Of a stretch of DNA of 64,000 bases, positions 49,576 through 64,000 are shown piece after piece (positions within the stretch are counted from its first letter, which is position 1; each line of letters starts with the position of its first letter). The notes beneath the pieces are model-generated. The model had not been told where the DNA came from. It saw only the letters and a program-made list of their open reading frames with translations, and did not search any database. The translations under genes were made by a program, and so were the position numbers. Source of the DNA: Antedon mediterranea (taxonomy: Eukaryota; Animalia; Echinodermata); NCBI RefSeq assembly GCF_964355755.1, contig NC_092670.1:5570201-5634200 (forward strand), in the 5' to 3' direction.

Positions 49576-52561
49576 TTTTCTCAGGGCGCCTCACCGAAAC
49601 CGATTGCGATGTGAAAATCGCTTTATTACCACGCGACTTTTAAAGTAGCTGTTCCTTTCAAAATTGTAGTCTCGGCCATGTCATCTGTAAATAAAAAAAA
49701 GTATTACTAAAATTATAATTGTACAGTATATATTTCTATAGATCTCTTTAGGTTGCTAATTTTATTCAGATTTATTTAAATAAACACTAAATAAACACAC
49801 CGTTTATGCGCGTATGCCCGACCACCTTTAACAAAAATGAAGCTTAATTTTGAAGTTAACACAATTATTGCTGAGCCTTTTGTTTTGGTTTTTTATTGTA
49901 ACTCCATTTAAAAAAGAAAGTTTAACTGATATCACATGCTTTGAGTCGTGTCTCCTGGGTACAAAACCAAAAATAATCTATGGACATAATAATAAATAAA
50001 TACAGTAGTCCTAATTGTGGTGGCTAGAAATTGTAGGATATTCTAGTAAATTGCTCGATATGTATTTTTATATAACACCTAGACAAATTCCTGTCATTTG
50101 ACTGAAGGTTTCTGGGTCACATGGTGTGTAATAGTACGTACTATTAAACGATCAACTTTTTTTTTCATGTAGGCCTACCAAAAAAAATTTACAAACAATT
50201 CATTGTATTCCAATAAATTAATACAAATCATACAAACGATCTTTAGGTATTTAAATTTGTTTTGGTCTAAATTAGTACATATGTTTTGCTCTCCAAAATG
50301 TTAAGTCTGATCGATTGTCTTTTTCAATGTTATTGTCAGGGAAGAGCGAAATTCACTCTTTCCTGTTATCGTTTACTAGCAATTATACCCGCCCCAGGGC
50401 GGGTTTTAAAATTAGTTTAAAGCCTTCTCAGTACATAACACCCGACGCCAGTAGGCCTGCTTCCCTATATACTGACCAACCCCCACCCCTCTTCAATAAA
50501 ACCCCACACTCTTTTTTAAAAACAAATTCTTCCCAGTACAAATTCAATTCAACTTCAGCTTCAAATTGAGAGGGTATACATAGCTACGATAGGCCTATGG
50601 TTTAAGTACGTTGTAAACTGTGTAAATAAATAGGTTTCATATTTGCTGATAATTAAAATATCCATCCAAGCACAATCAACAAACCTTAACTCCTCCCCTG
50701 GACAAATGTAGTAACTTTTCCTATTACAATTCCAATCATATAGGCTACTTCATTACGCCAGCATTTTCGATCCTCCTCCCACTTCAAACACACCCCAGAT
50801 ACTGGGTGATGTGTTTAAGAAGGTTCCAATACAAATTATGTTAGCCATCACCCCCAACCCATAATCCCTCAGTGGCAGTTTTCATAAGTAGTTTAAAACA
50901 TTCCCAATACAGTTTCGGTCTTGGTGACAGGCCTACATCCCCACCCCAAACTCCCAGCCCATTTCCAGAGATAATTTAAATACTTTAACATTTTCCAACC
51001 ACTATTGCGATCATTTTGATACCCCATGGTTACATGCAGAAACAGACATTTGTAAAACGAATAAACATTGAAAGTGGGCCATTTTGAGCATGCATTGTGG
51101 CCCCTAACTTGGATCCTAGATGGCGGATGATGTTCAAATATAGTAGTAGAACATGCAGTAACAGTAAAGAACGTGTATATGTTCAGACAGGAATGGATGT
51201 CTGTAATGATACAAACCAAGAGACCGATACATAGCTGGATATGGTTAAAGTACTTTGCTAAATGTGTAAATGAATAGGTGTCATATTGGTTAATGATTAA
51301 AATATGTATATCTATATCTGATGCACTGATGAAGGGCTAGTGTTGCCCGAAAGCTCTGTTAACTTTTCTGGCTGTTTACTTTATCGTTTTGATTTAGCTT
51401 TTCGCTTTTATTTTTGTATCTCCATTGAGATCCAGCCACTGATACCCACAGCATTGTCATTTTTTTCAGTAATTTGCCTTTGGATTTATATCTATATCTA
51501 TATTTCCCCAAACGCCTTCCTGAGGATAAATCAAATACTGTAAAACTTTTGTAGTATAATTTTACAATTCGATAGCCTACAACCCCGAGCCCTAGAAAAA
51601 ATGACATCACAAACCACCACACCACCACCACATTCCCGGTACAATTGCGGTCATTTTGATACCCCATATGTAAGATTATGTGCAGTAACAAAATTTTGTA
51701 TAACGAACAAACAAACAAACAGACAGACAGACAAACTCTCTCACTTATAATATAGATAATTATGTCACATCTATGCAAAATTTAGACGGCGCTATTTAGA
51801 AAAAACTTTTTGTTTTTGTACATAAAAGCATAATAAGAGCCAATTGATAATCACAATTAGATATCATTCGTTAGGTAGAACTAATATCGAACGACAAATG
51901 ATGCACAGTTAACCAATCAATGTCAGGAATAAAACCAGGTGTGTTAAAATATAGCATAAATGCTTACCTGATGTAGTTACTTTTAATGTTGAATCAGTAG
52001 GATGAGAAGATGAAATGGAGCTGACATTCGTGTTAATGTTTTCTATTTGGCCTGGTCGATGATTCCTTAATTAGTGTAAAATAGATAATACATTTTATTG
52101 TGTATTCACATTAGATCATTAATAAGCTGACTAATGAAATTGAAAGTATAGTTTATTATCCTTAAATTATCACTACCGAGTATGCGACATAACACAATGC
52201 TATTGTCGTGAAAATATTTGTATCAGGCATGTTGTACTTGAAACTTGAAACTCGCAACTTATTGTGTGTGGGTATATGTTACTACTGTTTTATGTTCATT
52301 TTCAAAACACATCTATCTATACTTGAATACTAAAATTGACAAATACGACATTATGATGATAGAGTATTAGCCTATATTCATAGTTTTTCTAATGGATAAT
52401 GATAACTATAATAAATTTGTCTATACTAACCATTTGTATAATCCCAAAACGAACAAAAAACACATTATGATAAAAGAACAAATCCCAATGACTGCGAATA
52501 CAGTGTACGAGTTCAGAAGATCACTGGGTGACCTTTGTTTTTCCGGCGATGAGCCAAAAGT

Positions 52562-52852
52562 GTCACCGGGTGTGGCTTGTTCTTCGTCACCGGGTGTGGC
52601 TTGTTCTTCGTCACCGAGTGTGGCTTGTTCTTCGTCACCGGGTGTGGCTTGTTTTTCGTCAGCGGGTGTGGCTTGTTCTTCGTCACTGGGTGTGGCTTGT
52701 TCTTCGTCACCGAGTGTGGCTTGTTCTTCGTCACCGAGTGTGGCTTGTTCTTCGTCACCGGGTGTGGCTTGTTCTTCGTCACCGGGTGTGGCTTGTTCTT
52801 CGTCACCGGGTGTGGCTTGGTCTTTGTAATCGGGTGTGGCTTGGTCTTCGTC
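52562..52852. repeat. 24-bp coding minisatellite (~12 copies, DEEQATPG)
   Basis: GTCACCGGGTGTGGCTTGTTCTTC tandem units in the stalk exon. Confidence 0.95.
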
Positions 52853-54799
52853 ATAATATGTTGTTTTCATCTTGGCAGTAGTTATCATTTCTTCCTCTTC
52901 GCCGAAGATGTTCCCTAAAATAAAAGGTTAAAGCATTAATAGGCCTACTTACAAACACTTTAATGATCAAACATCGCTGAACTATATAAACATTTAAAAT
53001 ACAGTGGAATTATTTTTTATGTTAAGTTATTTATTGTTATATAATTATTCATAATATAAATACAATAATATTGAAGTGTAACTAGAGACACTGTGTTCAA
53101 TAGAACATAAACCCATTCATATGAATTGTGTGACCTTTGACCCTACGCTTTTAATACTTCATGAATTATACTTTTGAGTTTCAGCTCGATCGGAGCATTT
53201 TTTAAAAGTTACCTTGATCTTTGACATCGCATGACCTATGCCTCCTCGATATCGGATTTATACTAACCGTATCCTCAGGATTGTTTCCCCCATTTCAAAC
53301 TCGATCACAGAAATTTGATAATGTTGAGATTTTACCTTCACCTTTGATCTTGACGATCTAAATCGTTTAATCTTTTACTGAGTTGCACCCACTCACACCA
53401 AGTTTGAAGACTCTACCCAAGCTTCAGCTCGAGCGGAGCAATTTTTACATTTTGCCTTTGACATCGCATGACCTTGCGTGGCGCCCTCCTTGATATCAGA
53501 ATTATACTAACCATATCCTCAGAATTATTTTCTCCAAGTTTCAGTTCGATCGGAGCAGCAATTTGAAAATGTTTTCGCGTTCGTATCTAGAAGGCGTTTT
53601 AGAGATTTGAAAGATTCATTTGAAAAAAAAGAACTCTGTCAACAATAATATTGTTTAATTCCTAATTTTTAAACACTATTATATATTTATAGATTTCTAT
53701 ATCTATTAAATTTAAAAACCTAATGTTATTCATTTAAAAATTTAACTAATTAGCTATAGTTGTTAGGATGTTAGTCGTGGTTGTTAGTTCTATTGCATCT
53801 GCAAAGTAAAATAATTTGTTTTCATTTTTATAAACCTGAAATATTTTCATGGTATACTTATTAGTATGTTTTTATTATTGAAATAAAAGTCTCTAGGGGC
53901 TAAATTGTCCCACCCCGGCAATTACACGTTACATTCGGCGAACTTCCTGTTTTTTCTAAATTAGCAGGCCTAGATATCTAGAGCAACAATTCGTGTAATC
54001 ATTTTAAAAACGTTATACGTCTACGATGCGCTGTAGGATTTTTAATTTACACTTACCAATTGTTGACGTAGGGTAAGCCGTTTGAATTTCTGTTACATCT
54101 ACATATTAAAATCAAACATTGCATAATGTTAGTAAAATAATGTTAATATAATGGCTGTTAGTGTTACTAGTAGAAATAGATAATAAATACTTCAATAAAG
54201 TGTCTATGATGACTCTTTTTTCGACGATAACGCAATGCATGTTGGGTTTTATTTTTCTGAATGAATTGCATTCTGTTTCTTTAAAATTGCGTGTTATTTT
54301 GTTTGTTTGTTTATTAAATTTTCCACACACATCAAATAATTCAGTTGTTCATTTTAATAAAATATAGATTAATAATATATAATTAGATTAAAAGAAACAT
54401 GAGTGTGGATGGAGGTCAAATAAGTTAAAGAATTTTAAGGCTGACTCCACTATTATACCTTATTATTATAAGTATAAATATGTGATAAAAGGATAATAAA
54501 AAAGTAGAAGAAAACATGAGTTAAAAAATAAATAGCAGAGTAGTATTCGGATTGGATACAAAGCAAATATGCATATGAAAATATGTAAAATCATGGCACA
54601 TATTATAATAACAATATAATGGAAATGTAATCGATACATTATTTAAATTTTTTCTAAATTTTTAAGCTATGGTATTAAATTGCTCACAGTACTTTACCTC
54701 CACCAGAACAAATAACACTAGCATCTTCACCATGTCCGCAGTTATGTACCGTAAGTCCGACATTGTGGCAGCTTGTAATATCGGTTTCATATCCATAAC

Positions 54800-58912
<4,113 letters not shown>

Positions 58913-60195
58913 TTAATCACATATTGTACCCCATTCCCATCCGTCGTAGACTTCAACTCGTCCCTCGTTGCCATTTCTACCACCGACAAGTCTAATATGT
59001 TCTGTAATGAACAATAAAACATGTAAATGAAAGACTGTTTTTTTAAATAAAAAGTATAGTGCGCCACTGTTTTAAGTTATATTTATACTCTATTACAATA
59101 TACTACGGAGATTTTGATAACGTTTTATACATACTACTGTTGTTCACCCTAATTTTCTCCGTCCTCCAATTGTTGTGTATGTAAATATGCACATGTTTAG
59201 TATCAATATAATTTCAAAAGTTTTTACCATAAACATTTGTTTACTCGCACGCTAATCGCACAAACAATAATTTAAAAAAACTACTGTACCATTTGCAAAA
59301 ATAGATACTGGTAACATCCAAGTAAACTTCAAAAGTACAATTAAGTGCATGTTGAAACAACAAAAAATCCAAGAAAAATGGTCCAAGAAAAAACAAGTAT
59401 TATTTTAAACTCGATTTTCGTGTGCAATAAAATAATACAGTTTGGTTGTTGTGCGCACAACGCTGGTACATACTATACTGTTTGTGTATGTAACAAATGG
59501 GGAGTTTATAACTATAATTAATAATGACCTCATATTAATGTTACCGTTTTTTGTCTCCCAGCGATAATATCCCTCACTGAGAAGTAAATACGATAACTTC
59601 CTTCAACCCTGCTGTAGGCCTACCATCATAAAAAGAAACAATAGGCATCGCTTTTCTCCATTTGCCAAATACCTGTCCCACGTGACACGCAGCTCCAACG
59701 CTGTATTCATTTCTGCGTGGAAGAAAAAAAGGAGAGGCAAGATCGAAGCAACCGTGACTACAACAACCAACATTTCGATATATTTAAAATATTTTATTTA
59801 TTTATTTTTTTAGATTCTGGCTCAGATAAGAAAATCACTTTTTTCCGCGATAAATACAGGTTTGAAAGAAAAGTATGACAATCTATTATAATAAATACAT
59901 TTTATTATCTATTATGAACGTTGCACTTTTTACATAATGTTGATTGTGGATAGGTTCCTGTTTGTCTTACATAAATAAGGATGCTTTGTAATAACTTAAC
60001 ATTTTAAATAATTCAGCAAATTTCACGCCAGTCGATGATTGTTTCGCCATATTCTACCTCCTACTACACTTGTGTTTTTGGAGTATGTGTGTATTGTAAT
60101 AAGATGAAAGTATTGTAACACAATACACAAATGTATAATTATAAAAATGTGTTCTCCATTCGTCTTTTTGTCAATTCCACCTTTCATGTCTTTGT

Positions 60196-61832
60196 GGGTC
60201 TGTTTCTGCTGCATAACGCAATTTAACCGGTTATTTTAAAATAGATTAAAAATAGATAACAATAACAAGACCGCGTTTCTGCTCAATTTGTGCTCCGAAA
60301 TAACCGGTTAAATCTATGGGTGGTCGTCGAGCAAAACGTCATCATTACCCAAAATGCAATACACTCAGACGGAAGTAGTAAGTTGGCTGTTTGTTTACAT
60401 CGACGTCGTCAGTAGGCCTACACACGTGTGTATATCGCCGAACATCTCAAACATGTTAAAATAATAAAATGTTCTCTACAGGTCTACAACTTTTGTTTTT
60501 TGTAAAGCCTACTTTTACTATATCGCTAATAAAATTAATTCTCATGGCGCCTTCAATAACATGGGGAGGGTCGTGCAGCGCCCGATCGCGCCAAGGATAA
60601 TTTTTATCTAGCCTAAAATTCCTCAACAAAGGCGATGATGATACGGCCCTTCCCACGTGAACGACTGTTGTCTTTCGCGAGCGCGGTCCTACAAAAAACC
60701 AAACGGAAACAAAAACGAGACTTAGAATGTTGCAATACCTACCAAACGAGAGTAGATAATTGTTAATTAATTATGAAACGCCAACTTTTATAGCAAAAAT
60801 CGTCCGAATTTATGTTAAAAATGACGAGTTTAGCCACAAAAACTTAAATCAAACGAGAGTATCCAAGTCATAGAATATCGCACGCACATAGTGCCTTTAA
60901 TAGAATAATGAGTATTAAACATTGTTTCGTATATTTATGTACTAACATAAATAATAACACATTTCTATGCTTAATAAAATCATATTTAATATATTATCAA
61001 AGGCTCTCATAACCTTTGTTTTCGGTCGATGTAATGTTTTTCTACAAAAATTATATAAAACGATCAAATTAAGATTGTTCATTGTTCTCCTATTTAAGGC
61101 ACTAAGGGCGTGCCTTAAATACGCTCGTTTGGATTAAGGTTTTGTTGCTAAATTCATCGTTTATAACATAAATTCGGATGATTTTTGCTATAAAATTTGG
61201 GTTTTCATAATTAATTAACCATTATCTACTATCTTTTGGTAGGTATTTGCAACATTCTGAGTCCCTTTTGTTTCCGTTTTGGTGTTTATATATGACCATC
61301 CATACCCTTCGCGAGCGTGTACTAACGCCTCAAATTGCTTAGCTTGGGTAGTCCCCGGAACTCCACCCCAAATTCCTCTTTTACTTTCGCAAAAATGCTC
61401 TTATTTATTATCTGTGATTCTTTTCTATTGCCTGCCATCCTTCCCCGTACTTTCTCTCCCCCCACAACTGAATAACATATCTTGTGATTTCATTCATCCA
61501 CATACATGTTCACTTCTTCGTTCGACTGTCAAAACCACGAGGAAAACACACACCGTATGCGACGGTATCTGACCCGGGGTCACAACTGTCAATCAAATAA
61601 CCGTTATTTCGTGTTGCAGCTAAGAATTGCTCAGCGATAACCGGTTAAACGGCGTTCTAACACCGATTTAAATTGGTGTTTTTAACCGGTTATTTTGCGC
61701 TGCCTTTTAACCGGTTACCACAAATATGTCCTGTTTCTGCTGCCAAGAAAATGGAGTTAATTTATTCACACCGATTTTAATTTATTCACACCGATTTTAA
61801 CCGGTTATTTTTTATGCAGCAGAAACAGGCCC
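60196..61832. mobile_element. MITE with 3-bp TSD (PIF/Harbinger-like)
   Basis: TGT|GGGTCTGTTTCTGCTGCATA ... TATGCAGCAGAAACAGGCCC|TGT; subterminal TAACCGGTTA repeats; internal inverted repeat ~60700-60830 / 61150-61280. Confidence 0.75.
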
Positions 61833-61886
61833 TGTATTACGTCACTTATCGTCAAAGTATTCAATTAGAAACTTTATTTTGCTGCT

Positions 61887-62071
61887 AAAGCGTGGTTCCC
61901 GCTAGAACGCAACGCAGTGACGTATTGACTCAAAGTAATGTATTGGGTAATCACAAGTGGGAATCAAATGTTTAATTTCACGTAGGCGGGGGCAAAAACA
62001 ATTATTGGAAGGTCATGTTCTTACGTTGCGTATGTTGCGTTACGTTGCGTCGCTAGTGGTAACCAAGCTTT
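61887..62071. mobile_element. Short MITE
   Basis: AAAGCGTGGTTCCCGCTAG ... CTAGTGGTAACCAAGCTTT; same family as the interrupted copy at ~41498. Confidence 0.75.
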
Positions 62072-62731
62072 ACTATCATCAACCGTTTTGTGTCCAGATT
62101 TTTACCAGACATTTAAATATAGAGATTTTATCTCTTTTGAATATTTGTTTGTTCAGTTTTAATTTATTGTGTTCTAACAATAACACTACTCATTGTTTTA
62201 ATATAACTAAATATGTGCTTATTCGGCATTTATTTTATTAAAAATTACTTCTTCTTCTTCGTATTAGGAGCCAAGTTCAGATGTGAAGACTCTGCTCCTC
62301 AAACTCTGTTTTGCTAGCTCTAATTACTGTTATTCACATTTCTATTACTTTTTAATAATGGATGTTTTTATTGTTTTTAATTAGACACTTACGCGTTATG
62401 TGAAAGATTAATTAATGATTAATGTCTTACATTACATACATTTTAAAATTTCTTGTACAATAATAATAGCACACTAACTAGCACTTTGTTTGGTTAATTC
62501 AGTTATGTCTAATACAACCATAGTTATTTTATTGATTTAGATATTGAAATCATAATTTTTCTGCTATCTTTGGAGATTTAAACTCAACTATCTTTCAATT
62601 TTACGTACTTTCTCTAACAACCAATTAACAGCCCCGCAAAAGTACTCAATAATTACAATGTTACATTTTCACGAACCACACAATTCTGAGGCAATTTTTT
62701 TTAGGCCAAGGTAAATAACATTGACAAAACT

Positions 62732-64000
62732 TTATTGCCACGCATTCCTTGAAGCTGGTCGACTTTCTTCTTGCAAGCTGGACGCGGTGAACAAACGATT
62801 TAATGAGCCTGTTAACGTAAAAGAAACAATGTATGGTGGTTATAAGCTGTAATCAGAAGCCTAGCTTTACGTTCTTTTACTTCTTTTACTAAGTTTATGT
62901 TGATAACATCCATCTTAACTTCAACTCAGCACCGAACCCTCTTTTCTTTATAATGTTAAGACGTAACGTTACGGCGAGTTGCGTTGAATTGACAGGATTC
63001 AACGATTTTACAGGAAAAGTGGGTAAAAATTAACGTTAAGAATCATTTAAATCTGCAATCGTTGAAGATGAACCAAGTTCAACTCAACTTTACGAACGTT
63101 AAAACCAATCAAATGATCCATCAACATCGACTGATACACTAGTGGGAAGAATATTGTTGTCCGAGTATTTTATTTTGCCTGGTCGGTTATACATTTAACG
63201 CAACTCGTCGTAACGTTACATCGATTGAAAAACAGGCTTTATGTTTGGGTAACCCTACAGCAGAACTCACAAGGAAACAATTACTACTGTATTTCGTTAG
63301 ATATTTTGGTTGCCTACCTGATGAATGTGAACTTGATCCATCAACATCGACTGATACACTAGAAGGAAGAACATTGTTGTCCGGATATTTTATTTGACCT
63401 GGTCGGTTATACCTTGTTCATTTGAAGAAAATATGTAAATAAAAGTTATTCTAAAAACTACATCACAATGCTATTTAATTCACTATGTCGTTCGGATGGT
63501 CGGTTGGTCGGTCGGTAAACACTAACTCAAATTGGAGCACACGACTGCAGCCATGTATTTGGCCTTGTTTATTTAAAAAACAAAATGTCAGTCGGCAACT
63601 AATTAGATAGATGGAACATTATTCCCGCCAAACATTACGATACAAATAAAGCATAATAAATATGATAAACACAAACTTACAATTTGTATACTGCAAAAAC
63701 AACAACAACTGCAACTGCAAAACAACATATTCCAATAACTACAAACACAGTGTATTGCTTTTTATCATCGTCACTGTTTTTTTTTTCCTCATTTGAATAA
63801 AGAGAAACATCTGCGATTTCCATCTGAATAGCAGCTTCAATGCTCTCCTTTTCTTGTTCAATTGAAGTTTTTACAACTTCAGATGGAATGTATTCTGAAA
63901 TAATTATAACAATGCAAGGATTTTCTTCATAATTCTCAACTCTTTTTTTTTGTGATGTTTCTCTAAAAACCTTTATACAGAACATTTCGTAACTTGATCA
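62732..64000 (-). CDS. 3' exons of a paralogous type-I membrane protein (stalk + TM + cytoplasmic tail); continues beyond the window
   Basis: Exons >=64000-63681 (YTVFVVIGICCFAVAVVVVFAVYK), 63412-63318 (YNRPGQI..) and 62808-62732 (..AWQ*) mirror 52914-52431 (YTVFAVIGICSF), 52065-51968 (NHRPGQI) and 49684-49626 (..AW*). Confidence 0.75.

Noticed and set aside
52392-52918. Multiple overlapping ORFs in several frames
   Set aside because: By-product of a stop-free 24-bp repeat; only the minus-strand DEEQATPG frame joins flanking exons and the TM helix.
59672-59773. Hydrophobic ATG exon as the signal peptide of the SRCR gene
   Set aside because: Plausible (MLVVVVTVASILPLLFFFHA) but its donor is phase 2 while the SRCR exon needs phase 1; I could not resolve the join, so it is not called.

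Overview
AT-rich eukaryotic (animal) genomic DNA with spliceosomal introns and abundant TAGGCCTA motifs. A marine invertebrate deuterostome such as an echinoderm is plausible, but this is inference. Main contents: (1) A 12.7-kb DNA transposon (2435-15149) with TAC...GTA ends and a perfect 6-bp CATTTT target-site duplication, IS3EU-like. It carries a 2-exon integrase-type DDE transposase (one nonsense mutation) and, convergently, an apparently intact 9-exon, 694-aa HECT E3 ubiquitin ligase gene. Its right end is a 1.27-kb inverted copy of the left end that includes a decayed half transposase gene. (2) A ~2009-aa DEAH RNA helicase-RRM-RBR E3 ligase fusion gene, plus a truncated duplicate of its 5' end at the window start. 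(3) A 517-aa secreted F-type lectin-Kringle-LamG-PAN mosaic gene. (4) Two tandem paralogous type-I membrane genes; one has an SRCR exon split by a near full-length CR1/L2-type LINE that encodes a 2A-like peptide. (5) A 157-bp satellite and many nested MITEs with readable TIRs and TSDs. Exon structures were assembled by hand from splice signals and reading phase; no database searches were run.
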